Positions 49,952 to 62,230 of a DNA stretch of 64,000 nucleotides are shown one piece after another. The notes beneath the pieces were generated by a model that saw nothing but the letters and a program-made list of their open reading frames with translations, made no database searches and was not told where the DNA came from. The first letter of the stretch is position 1. Each line of letters starts with the position of its first letter. The stretch is from Octopus bimaculoides (Eukaryota). The position numbers and the translations under genes were made by a program. The stretch covers positions 7,604,763-7,668,762 of the forward strand of contig NC_068999.1 in assembly GCF_001194135.2 (NCBI RefSeq). Direction: 5' to 3'.

Positions 49952-50782
49952 GTATCATGCCCACTGTGGGCATGATATTACGTTATATAGTGTTACATCG
50001 ACATAAAATACTCTTAGAAATAGAGAGAAACCATTTAGGGAATGGAATGTCTATCAGCGTGATTTAATGAAATATCAGTACATGTTATTTGAGTTTATAG
50101 GGAAAATAATTATAAATTGGAAATAAATTGAATATAATATGTTATATTACTTATTCATAGAATATGTATACAGTAAACCCATGGATCGTATGACGTGGAC
50201 TAATAAATTGTTGAACAAATTAATTTTGGTCCGGGAAAGAGTCCGATACGTATAAGACGTGAAAAATGGAGTAGAAACTATATTGCTTCATGTAAAAAGT
50301 ATTGATATATATATTTCACNNNNNNNNNNNNNNNNNNNNNNNNNNNNNNNNNNNNNNNNNNNNNNNNNNNNNNNNNNNNNNNNNNNNNNNNNNNNNNNNN
50401 NNNNNNNNNNNNNNNNNNNNNNNNNNNNNNNNNNNNNNNNNNNNNNNNNNNNNNNNNNNNNNNNNNNNNNNNNNNNNNNNNNNNNNNNNNNNNNNNNNNN
50501 NNNNNNNNNNNNNNNNNNNNNNNNNNNNNNNNNNNNNNNNNNNNNNNNNNNNNNNNNNNNNNNNNNNNNNNNNNNNNNNNNNNNNNNNNNNNNNNNNNNN
50601 NNNNNNNNNNNNNNNNNNNNNNNNNNNNNNNNNNNNNNNNNNNNNNNNNNNNNNNNNNNNNNNNNNNNNNNNNNNNNNNNNNNNNNNNNNNNNNNNNNNN
50701 NNNNNNNNNNNNNNNNNNNNNNNNNNNNNNNNNNNNNNNNNNNNNNNNNNNNNNNNNNNNNNNNNNNNNNNNNNNNNNNNNN

Positions 50783-50816
<34 letters not shown>

Positions 50817-51313
50817 GTGGGAGATAATTTATGTGTGCTTGCATGTATGTATGGATGCATCTATGCATGTATGTATGTATGTATTTATGTATTAGGCAAT
50901 GAGTAAGGAAACCAGGCAAAAAGTTAGTTGCATGTTTCAATAAATGTTTCAGTGGTTTAATGTTTATATATGCGTATGTATGTGTTTGTGTTAGGTCTTT
51001 GATTTTGTGTATGTATACAAGCATATATGCACATGTGTATGTAGTTTCTTAGTGTAGGGGCTTCTGTCTAACCGCTCATACATACACATACACACACCCA
51101 CCCACACATATATATGACGACTGCCTTGTTTAAGTCTCCGCCTGCCAAATCCATACAAAAGACTTTCTAGAAGAAACCATCCAAAGGCACACGAAGATGG
51201 ACTGAACCGAGAACCATGTGGTTGGGATTCAAGCTTGTTAACATACAAAAACAACTGCGCCTATAGAATTATATCCATATTCTCTTTATATTCCACATTG
51301 AACACGGTTTCGG

Positions 51314-51370
51314 AACCCGAAACCGTGTTGTTGGTAAGCAAGCTACTTACGACACAGCCACTCCTGCGCC
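51314..51370 (-). mobile_element. Isolated head of SINE family A, truncated at the B box
   Basis: Reverse complement ggcgcaggagtggctgtgtcgtaagtagcttgcttaccaacaacacggtttcgggttc. Confidence 0.8.
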
Positions 51371-51457
51371 TATATCTACATATATATGTAGACACACACA
51401 CAATCCGTTTCCGTTCTGCTGCAATGTTTGTGTTTCTAAGTATAACTGCACTCATCC

Positions 51458-51509
<52 letters not shown>

Positions 51510-51910
51510 CTTGGTATGTCATTCTGCCCATACAACTGTCTCTCCCACATCCCTCTCTCACACACGTACACACCTAACCTTTACTATACACGTTGGACAA
51601 TTAAACGAATCCGATATTAACGCAACTTATAACACAAAGCAAGCAAAGATCAACGCACACAACCTTTCACTCATCCAGACAAATTATTTACAGCTGAGCT
51701 AGTTAAACAAATATTTATGTTGCAGTAACAGAACAGTTGATTTTGACAAGCTCGTTCAACATTAAGGCAATTCCTCGTGTGGTTCAGAAAATTGTTTTCA
51801 ATTGAAAACTCAACAGAGTATTTAACGTATGGCATAACGTCTTCAAAGTCTGCACATTTTTGTTACGTCTCCAACGTCAGCAGTTTTATACACTTCTATC
51901 CTTCTCGATA

Positions 51911-52235
51911 GAGGAGGCGCAATGGCCCAGTGGTTAGGGCAGCGGACTCGCGGTCGGAGGATCACGGTTTCGATTCCCAGACCGGGCGTTGTGTGTGCTT
52001 ATTGAGCGAAAACACCTAAAGCTCCAAAAGGCTCCGACAGGGGCTGGTGGCGACCCCTGTTGTACTCTTTCGTCCCAACTTTCTCTCACTTTTTCTTCCT
52101 GTTTCTTGAGTAACGCTGCGATGGACTGGCATCCCATCCAGCTGGGGGGGAATACATACGCCATAGAAACCGAGAAACCGGGCCCGTGATCCTGGCTAGG
52201 CATGAAAAGGGCGCATAAATAAATAAAAATAATCT
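51911..52235 (+). mobile_element. Full-length SINE family D (Meta-domain-like) with 9-bp target-site duplication
   Basis: tRNA-like head (tggcccagtggttagggcagcgg...ggtttcgattccc), central gcgatggactggcatcccatccag, A-rich tail. ttctcgata flanks it at 51902 and 52236. A second head fragment lies at about 52262-52305. Confidence 0.9.
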
Positions 52236-52592
52236 TTCTCGATATACGAAGTCCAAATTGTGGAGGGGCAATGGCCCAGTGGTTAGGGCAGCGGACTCAC
52301 GGTGGGTAAATGTGTGTAAATACTGCATCGCAAACACTCATATGAACACACATACGTATACACACACACGCACAGATGCACATAAAAATACATACTTATG
52401 CACACAGGCATGCACACACACACACATATCTTTTATTATTTACTTTTTCAATAAGGAAACGTTAATCACGCCTGAAAAACCGCCTGAGCATGTTTTAGTC
52501 AAATTGGCACTTATTCTGTCGACTATTTTTCTCGAACCGCTAAGTTACCGTTACCAAAACAAATCTGAGCTACATAATTAGAACTAATCTAC

Positions 52593-52635
52593 TCCAGACT
52601 GATGAAAAGTAGTAGCTCTGAAACTAGTCTCTGGA
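52593..52635 (+). ncRNA. Minimal type I hammerhead ribozyme motif, nearly intact
   Basis: UCCAGA-CUGAUGA-AAAGU(AGUA)GCUCU-GAAA-CUAG-UC-UCUGGA. Perfect 6-bp helix I, helix II with one mismatch, palindromic helix III ACUAGU, GUC cleavage triplet. Confidence 0.8.
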
Positions 52636-52879
52636 TGCTGGCTTTGCTGGGTGGCAGTGCTTATCTCCCCTGTTTGAAAACTTAAGTACAGAGAACGCTT
52701 GTGTCACGTATCTATCTGGAAACGATGTTTCCTGGGGCTAAAAAGCAGTAGCATTCTTTGCTTTGCTGGGACTGCTACATTAAGTCGGCAACAAACCATC
52801 ACTTTATCTTGCTCCTACAGTATAAGTGATGCTTTGCCCCGTGAATAAGCAATATCCCAGTTTTATTTTCGGCTACACA

Positions 52880-52919
<40 letters not shown>

Positions 52920-54401
52920 GGTACAATTACGCACACATGCACAAACATGGGGGCGCATGCACACACCAAGATATGTTTATATGTATGTAAGTATATCTTC
53001 ACGGAAACGAGTACTCTCACAGTGTACTCATAATCTGATAACATAACCTGCTCGTAATCTGAAAGCCCAAAAAATAAAAGTACACTTGTCAGTAAGATGC
53101 TTAATAATTTTTAAACTAATTAATAAAATATTCAATTACTGATACCCTAAATAAATTTTAATGGATACTCTGAACATCTTAATCCCACGATTTTAGAATC
53201 GTTGCATCAAATGAAAATAAGTGCACAAAAATGTCATTAAATCTGATGATTTGATTATCTCTGTTATCTTTAATTTTCCGTGGATTGAACAATTTCAGCA
53301 ACTTTTTGATTAATTTCATGTGAAAGTCGCATCGCTAAACGTAATGGTATTTTTCTGTTAATGAACAGATAAAACTGTTATTTAAGTACGTTCATACTTA
53401 ATTGCAATAGTCGAAGTGTTGTTATAATTACAGCTATAATTAATACTAGCATTTTCAATTTAACCAATAGATTATTTATGCATGTATATATGTATATACG
53501 TATGTATGTATTCATGTGTGTATGCACGTATGCGTGTATGTATGTGTCTATGTATGCATGCATGTATGTAAGCATGTATGAATATATGAATGCATATATA
53601 TATATATATATATATATATACAAATGTATGTGTGTGTATGTATGTACAAAAGTATTCATGAATACATGTGTGTGGAGGGTTTGTCTATCATCTCTCTCTT
53701 TCACACACACACACACACACNNNNNNNNNNNNNNNNNNNNNNNNNNNNNNNNNNNNNNNNNNNNNNNNNNNNNNNNNNNNNNNNNNNNNNNNNNNNNNNN
53801 NNNNNNNNNNNNNNNNNNNNNNNNNNNNNNNNNNNNNNNNNNNNNNNNNNNNNNNNNNNNNNNNNNNNNNNNNNNNNNNNNNNNNNNNNNNNNNNNNNNN
53901 NNNNNNNNNNNNNNNNNNNNNNNNNNNNNNNNNNNNNNNNNNNNNNNNNNNNNNNNNNNNNNNNNNNNNNNNNNNNNNNNNNNNNNNNNNNNNNNNNNNN
54001 NNNNNNNNNNNNNNNNNNNNNNNNNNNNNNNNNNNNNNNNNNNNNNNNNNNNNNNNNNNNNNNNNNNNNNNNNNNNNNNNNNNNNNNNNNNNNNNNNNNN
54101 NNNNNNNNNNNNNNNNNNNNNNNNNNNNNNNNNNNNNNNNNNNNNNNNNNNNNNNNNNNNNNNNNNNNNNNNNNNNNNNNNNNNNNNNNNNNNNNNNNNN
54201 NNNNNNNNNNNNNNNNNNNNNNNNNNNNNNNNNNNNNNNNNNNNNNNNNNNNNNNNNNNNNNNNNNNNNNNNNNNNNNNNNNNNNNNNNNNNNNNNNNNN
54301 NNNNNNNNNNNNNNNNNNNNNNNNNNNNNNNNNNNNNNNNNNNNNNNNNNNNNNNNNNNNNNNNNNNNNNNNNNNNNNNNNNNNNNNNNNNNNNNNNNNN
54401 N

Positions 54402-54449
<48 letters not shown>

Positions 54450-55199
54450 GTGTGTGTGTTCTTGTAAGTATATGTGTATATTAGTTTACGATATAGCAAC
54501 GAATTAAAACTCGATATGTTAAAGCTTAAAGTACTGGCAATTGTACCCACATTTCTAGCACATGTGTATTTGAAAATACTGATGTAAATCGTGGAAATTA
54601 CAGACATATATTACCAGTAATGATACTTATAGCCACATCAGTTATAGACATGTGATAAATCTGTGGATATATCTTAGAGATAGAACTATTCGAGTGTCAA
54701 ACCTGAGAGAAGAATTTTAAATCAACCAATAGGTTTTATTTTACGCCATAGAAAAGAATAGACGTGATATACAATATGGAATTGTAGATAAAGAAGACAA
54801 AGGCAATTTGGAAGTTGGCTTTACGATGCAGTTTTATTTAGGTGCATTATGAAATTTGTAGTTACAGAGAATTACAATTGTTGAAGATGTGGTTACAAAG
54901 GAGATACAGATGGGAGGAAACTCTAATAAAAGCTCGCATCTAGATATGAATGAAATATTTTAGCACATAACTGATTTATGTTGTTTAGAAATATATAGAC
55001 ATTTAATACAGAATTATTAACTCAGAATACGCGCATACACAATAACTATACACTGCAATTTTCTCGCATGCGATATATATATATATATGTATATAGATAT
55101 TCATATATATATGTATAGCAAACATACATGTACACATATACGCATAGATACGTACAAATATACATATATACATACATATATATACATATATATGTACAC

Positions 55200-55255
<56 letters not shown>

Positions 55256-55769
55256 ATAGAAAAGACAACAAAAGAAAGAAAGAGACCTCGAAATTATGTA
55301 AATAAAGGAATTTATCTGTAAAATATATGTGACACTTATTCGGCAGCCATGATAAAACTCCGATTTTTGTCATGGCTACCGAATATTTTTACAGATATAT
55401 ATATATAGCAAATGAAAGAGAGAAGGTGGAATATACGAAAATATATTATTAATCACGACAATTGTTTCGACACATCTATCATGGATTAGTCTTGGGTGGG
55501 ACACCCAGCAACTGGTTCAGGAGCACCGGTGGCGCAAAAGTATATCGTCGGGTGATAAATACGGGATGGAGCCGTATGTTTCTGTTTGTATGTTTAGGGT
55601 ATTTTACAGTCATTAATACATGTCTATATTTCTTTTTACTCAGAATAACATACGTGTTACACTGAAATTAATGCAACAGAGAGTACATCATATGTTTCTT
55701 TTTTATTAACTGATGCACAGCGTTGAAATTGCGCATGCTGGTTGAGCTCCTCATCCTCCATCGAAACGT

Positions 55770-56230
55770 ACTAGCCAAACCTAGGTTTTTATCAAAAGGG
55801 AGGCATCGAACGCAGCATTCTAATCCACGTCTTAGACATATGGCGCATGATTGTTTTCCTCACCTATTCATCACCCATTTCACCGCATCTGCGTTATCAG
55901 ATCGTTGTCCCCTAAGACTCTTCTACATTGAACTGGATCGGAAGAATTTGGAGAAAGACATATCCGAGCTGAACAGTGTTTAAGATACCAGTGACCAACT
56001 CAAAATCCCGATTGTCTGTTTTGCTGCCAAAGATAAAAGGGTCACACACTGACATGGTGAATGTGGATGGTTTTCAGATTATCTTTCCTCGTTCTTTTTC
56101 TCCTACTGGCTTCTCGAAATTTTTTGAGTGTCTCAATATACCTTTCACTGTTCATAATGCAGTCACGTGTAGAAACTCCTTGTCGTCCGACACTGTGCCG
56201 CCATGACTTTCTCTGAAGATCACTGACTTT
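55770..56230 (-). mobile_element. Mariner transposase C-terminal remnant
   Basis: Reads MNSERYIETLKKFREASRRKR...IHIHH...FFRSSSM*KSLRGQR, resembling mariner NSxxY..LxxLR...LHHDN...LFxSMxxxLRGxRF. Heavily mutated. Confidence 0.7.
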
Positions 56231-58065
56231 TGAACGTATTTAGGTTGTAGAGAAAATGCATCGTACCATTCCATGGATTAAGCCCTCATTTCTGGTTGCG
56301 ACCAAATTTGCAAAAAGTAGTATTTTCATTGGCTTCAAATGATTCCAGGCGTTGAGAGCAGACTTAGTATTTCTCTTATTGAATATGGCATCACATCACT
56401 TTTGGCATAATTCCTCTGACAGAAAGATTAAAATAAACATCTTTTTCTCAGGATTAAAATTTCAGAACTTTATGAACTCCTTATTGATAGAGAAGCTAAA
56501 ATAAGTAAATTTCTTTGACGGATTTGTTGGCATGTGTCAGATGTACATGAAAACCAACTCATATGACACCATCACGAATGAACTTAGATTTTAGTTTGGG
56601 ATTCTATGTCAGTGCAGAAATTAATTCCATAAATATGTGCAGGGAATATACTTATAGGTGGTCGGATATTTAACATGTTCTGGTGGTGCTTTTGCTATAG
56701 TTAAAGGATTTGTAAGCCGTATCTTTGAGAATGTTTACTTTTCACTTAAATCAGAAATCGGGCTGCGGCCACGTTGGCTTTGAAGATTATTCCCTGAAAG
56801 GTTTGTTACTTATTCTACGGGTCTATTTTGTTGAACCGTTATTTTACGTGGACGTAAACAAACTGACACGATCTTCAAACGCTGATAGGGGAGGTACAAA
56901 AGCACACGCAAACACACTGTCCGTGTGTATAAGTATGTATGTATGTATGTATGTATGTGTGTATGAACGCATGCATACTTGCATACAGACAACAGACTCC
57001 TTCACAGTTTCCCTGTAGGCAATAAACTCACGAGGCAATAAACTCAATAAACTCAATAAACTCAGGAGGTCGACTCGGAGCTGTAGTATAAAGCCACACT
57101 CCAAAATGCCGTATAGTAGGATTGAACCCGAAACCAGTTCGTTGCAAAGCGAGCTTCGTAATCACACAGACATGCAGTTATTTCTTCTAATGATTTTTTT
57201 TCCAATGTGATGGAGACCAATGTGATGGAGAGCTAGGAAAGCAATCTTCAGAGAGGGACCTTGAAATAATGTTGACAACGGAGCAGAGACCGCTAAAGCA
57301 GTGAAAAGGCAGCTTCGGATGTTAAGCAGAACGACACATTAAGATATTCACCCATGGAGGTTAAAGCAGGATTTGAACTCAGATTGTGATGAGTTCGGAA
57401 AAGAATCCGCCAGAAATCAGTTCTGTTTTTTTTTTAAGTTCTACCCATCCACTACTGGTACTCTTTGTTTCTTTCTTATGGAAACGCGAAGTGATGAATG
57501 TTTATAACTTTGCACGATTTGAACTCAGCACTGAAAGACAGAGAAGCAGGAATCTTCAATGAGTTCAGAAAGAAACGAACTCCTTTTTGTTATTGTTCAT
57601 CAAATATCTTTAGCGTGTTTCATTCTCATGAATTTCAAAGAAGAACATATTATTTTGAATAACATCGAATTTTCTTTGTGCCGGAGAAATTTATCTATCG
57701 GGTAATATTTAGAAGGAGAGGTATAAGATATTCTATAAAACGACAGAAAAACGAGATAAACATGTTCTTGTTCACATTGACAATAATAAATATATGTCTT
57801 CTTAAGATCGGTAAAATCCAATGAAGAACCAGGAGATTATAATGTACTAAATGATGCATTTAGAATAACATTCTGCAGAATACATACACATATGCGCGCG
57901 CATGGATTTGTACGCAAACCCACACAAAAGCGCACACACATATATGAATGTATACATGCACTCCTAAATAGTTCGCTTATCTTTCCGATATTTATGGGTA
58001 CAAATATGACATGGCAAGCAGGAACCGATAAAAGAGGATTATACTTAATCACTCAAACTGCTTAC

Positions 58066-58127
58066 GGGGAAATTATCTCATCTTTTTTTCCAGCGAAACA
58101 GAATAAAATGGATCGAAAGTCCCAACA
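58066..58127 (-). CDS. Candidate 62-nt exon (phase 0-2)
   Basis: Acceptor cttttgaattctttcag and donor gtaagc. The only open frame is CWDFRSILFCFAGKKDEIISP. Confidence 0.3.
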
Positions 58128-59512
58128 CTGAAAGAATTCAAAAGTGAGTGCATAGAATCCGGAGAGATAATGTGCTCTTTAATTGTTTAGATGATTAGAT
58201 GACTCGAGCCATTGTAATTTTTGCTACGCTGGAGCAATACACATTTAAATGAAAACGTGTAGGAGAACAGCAGTGCAGAAGAAAAATATGGGAAAAATAA
58301 CAATAACCAAAATAACCAAAGATAGTGATACGGAATCCCAGAGCCTGAGATCAGAGGTTCGTCTTACACAGCTGTCTTTGTGATTCGTTTATATATATAT
58401 ATAAACACTTACACGCACGCACATACACACACACGCTGCTCTCTTTAGAGCTCCAGGTCAGAAAGTATCTTTGTTTTCTCGTTAAATGTTTGTTGTGTGT
58501 TCTTACAAAATAATTTGGGAATAATTTGGGAACTTTTATATCAATAACAGTGTGCCCTGCGATTATTAACAAATGGTTTCGTAACATTTGGCTTTACTAC
58601 ACAGATTCTGTCTGTGAATGGTTTCGGTATATGAACAAACTAACATTGCCTAGTCTTATATATGCTGCAGAGAATCATTGCAAGTTTATAATGTTCAAAT
58701 GTAGCAGGGTAAAGCATTAATGACTTAAGAGAGTTAATGCGTGTGGCAATGACAATTCTGTCGTACATCTTTCAACCTTCACCGCCCCTTTGTTTTTCTT
58801 TATCGTTAGCTATACATTTAAATGATGAATTGGTCTTTACAAAATAAACATGGCAGCATCTCAATAGCAATTTTAAAATCTAGGGAGAAAATATACTTCC
58901 TATGTAAAGTGGAAGCCAGACATAAAATCAATAACAAACCCACTAACGTCCTTAAAAGAATAATACAAACCTACGTACTATATATATTGAGTGTTATGTG
59001 GTGGGGGGTCGTTGTGTCTGTATTTGAGATACGTCCTTTTTAAATACGAGAGCAGCAAATGAGATTTCAAAAAGAATTTTAAGAATTATAAATATATAAA
59101 GTTACTTACATCATACTACTATACGCTGTATATATGTATGCATGTATATATTTTTCATATAGATATATGAGTGTGTGTGTGAAATAAGAGAGGAAGAGTG
59201 AAAGAACGAGAGTGATTAATTGTGGCTAGATTAACGATACAAATTATAGCATTATGGAAAATATTAAAATTATATTTCGAAGTTTACAATTAAAATTAAT
59301 ATAAAAATTACATATTTAAGACATGCATATTTCGATCACTTGTATTGATAAATGCCGGTTGAAGTTGAAAGGTGTTATATTAGAATGAATTAGGCTGCAT
59401 TAAGCATCCGATATTTGCACGTGTTTCTTGTAGGGTGTTATATCAATTTTCAATTACTATATAGAAATTTAATCAATTTGAAACACAATGTGGTGTTTTT
59501 ATTACATAGCGC

Positions 59513-59564
<52 letters not shown>

Positions 59565-60133
59565 GTATATACATAATTATATGGATAATAATTATAATTA
59601 AGAGTACTGAGAAACAACACATACACGCTAGAGATGGACGTCAAATATGTCTAAAACCATATATGTTTTGCTTCATTAGCACAGGTTGAAAGTGAAGTAA
59701 ATTTTTTCTTACTTGCTTCAGTTATTTGACTGCGGTTATGCTGGAGTATCGTCTTTATCGAACAAATCGACCCCCCAACGCTTATTCTTTGTTTGCCTAG
59801 TACTCATTTTATCGGACAGGAAAGGAGGAAACAAGAGTATCAATCAGCTTTTGAGTGAGTGCAGTATACTAGCAAGAAAGGAGTATAAGTGCATGTAGAA
59901 GCGCATGTAGAAGTCATGCCTGCATAGGTAAAAACGTGCTTTGGGATGTTAATTGAAGAAGTGTCTTAAAAATAATCGAAAAGTGGTATGAGCACGAACC
60001 AAAGGCTATGATAGAAAACGGGAATTATATTGTATTGTAGGATTTCGTCATAATGACTGACCACGCCATTGAGGAAAGAACGCCACCTAGAATGCCGTGC
60101 GCTGTTTATCTTGATATGAAATCACCATCTCAC

Positions 60134-60245
60134 ACACATATGTTTGTGATGTACGAACCATGCATAATGAGACTGCGTAATCATGATGAGTATATTGGTC
60201 TTCGTGTATTTGTACTCCCGTGTCACGTTGATGGCATGCGCTGCT
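60134..60245 (-). CDS. Candidate 112-nt exon (phase 2-0)
   Basis: Long pyrimidine tract ending gcgag and donor gtgaga. Reads AAHAINVTREYKYTKTNILIMITQSHYAWFVHHKHMC, phase-compatible with 58066-58127. Confidence 0.2.
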
Positions 60246-60869
60246 CTCGCATAACAACAATAAGAAGAAGAATACGAAAAATAAACGAAACTGTTGAAAT
60301 TCAGAAATAACTTTATTAAAGAATTTCGCAATTTTTCTAAATGTAAACATTTATAGTTGATATTTTCCTTTAAAGTTCAGAAATATATACGTGAAGAAAT
60401 GTGTTCTTAAATCTTAGATAAAAATAAATGGTGAAATGTAATGTTACCAAATTCTCAGTTCTTCGTTTCATGCATTCTACTACAATAATTAAACACGCCC
60501 TCATTTTCTCAATATCACTTTTAACATTCTATGTATTTCACAAAACCCAAATACATGTAGCAGGACATAAACACAAATAAAGTTCAGTTTAGATTCTGCA
60601 AAATATCAAAAATATTATTCTAAGAACATATAATGTACTTTTCTAATATATTTTTTTTTTAAACACAAGACATATCACGAACGCCATGAGGTATAAAAGA
60701 AAATATTCCGAATGGAAACATTCGCGAAGAAATCGTATTCTTTAAAATCCCAGATTGGAAAAAAACTGAAAGTTCCTCAATATGGAATTTAGATAACGGA
60801 ATATTGATGAAAATGCTAGTTGAATGTATTTCAAATATAAATAAGTTGTCGAAAGTTACACGAAAATAA

Positions 60870-60926
<57 letters not shown>

Positions 60927-61776
60927 GTCTGTCTACCTATGAACACACATATCACATATACATATATGTATGTAGATATATTTATACATACNNNNNNNNN
61001 NTATATATATATATATATATATATTCATACATACATATATATGTACATGCATATATATATATATGTATATGTATATATACTCACACACATACACACACAG
61101 ACATATATATATAGACACATGTTTATCATACACTAATAAGAGATTAATACATTTATAAATTTATAATATACAGTTGCTACAATGTTTTGCTGACATGCTA
61201 TCCTTAGTATATCTAGACTTCAAAAAATATGTGAAAATTGATGGGAACCATAATGCAGAGCTGTTATACATAAACACTTTTCCTGTGGCATCAATTACGG
61301 TAAATATATTTATCTTACTAAAATGCATTCCAAATAAAACTGGAATAAAATTAAAACGTAGAAAACAACTTATAATTTAAAATACAGTTAATGTAATGTA
61401 ACTAACTGTATTTTAACTGTATTGGCATTGAACAAGCTTTAAATGGATTTTGCCATTGACAGTTTTACTCCTGTGAAAAAAAATATACACAGAAGACATC
61501 TTTGTATTTAAAAGTACACGTTACTACTCGATCACTCTTTGCTGTTAGCAGATATTTCTAGATGAAGGGTAGTCTGATCTGGAATCTGAAGATCGTTCAA
61601 TTTCTGGTCGTTCCAGGGAACGCTGCGCGGCAGGACGGTAGATATGTTAAACAGGGTAAATGAAAACACTTTTCATTGGGTTCATAACAGATGTATACGC
61701 TTTATTCATGTTAATCTGTGAATTCATGGAAACAAAGAGGTCTTCGACGATGTTATGGGTGTGTAGTTACTGGAAC

Positions 61777-61932
61777 AGGCGCGGTTGTGTGGTAAAAGGT
61801 TTGTTTCCCAACTTCACTGTTCCGGGTTCTGTCCCACTTTCTGGCATCTTGGGCAAGTGTCTTTTATAATAGTCTCGGACTGAGCCAAGTCTTGTGAATG
61901 GATATTTTAGATTGAAACTGAAAGAAGCCCGT

Positions 61933-61989
<57 letters not shown>

Positions 61990-62196
61990 GGGGGTATGCG
62001 TACATGTGTGTCTGTGTTTGTCCCTCACCACCGCTTTGTAATCGGTGTGTTTAGGTTCCCCTAACTTAGTGTTTCGGCAAAAGTGACCGATACAATAAGT
62101 ACCGGGCTTTAAACAATTAATACTGGGGTCGATCCCTTCGACTAAGTTTCTTGAAGAGTGCCCCAGTATGGTCACAGCCTAGTGACTAAAACAAAA
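61777..62196 (+). mobile_element. Full-length SINE family A (tRNA head, CORE-like domain, internal (TA)n, 3' tail)
   Basis: Head ggcgcggttgtgtggtaa...gttccgggttctgtccc, CORE-like tcttgggcaagtgtctt, internal (TA)n at about 61937-61986, tail ending gtgactaaaacaaaa. Confidence 0.9.
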
Positions 62197-62230
62197 CCGC
62201 CGGTCACCTTAATTGGAACAATAATAATAA

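Noticed and set aside
30831-52305. tRNA-like A/B-box sequences at 30831, 33660-33718, about 36980-37045, 51911 and 52262
   Set aside because: These are SINE heads without a complete cloverleaf or acceptor stem; not tRNA genes.
53021-53058. 38-nt candidate minus-strand exon (DYEQVMLSDYEYT)
   Set aside because: Phase 1-0 does not fit the neighbouring candidates and there is no independent support.
1875-54607. Long ORFs containing X runs or dipeptide repeats (YI, TH, CV, LS, RE)
   Set aside because: Artefacts of N-gaps and microsatellites with no stop codons; not proteins.
59418-59428. GAAACACGTGC on the minus strand
   Set aside because: The cleavage triplet is wrong and there is no upstream core.
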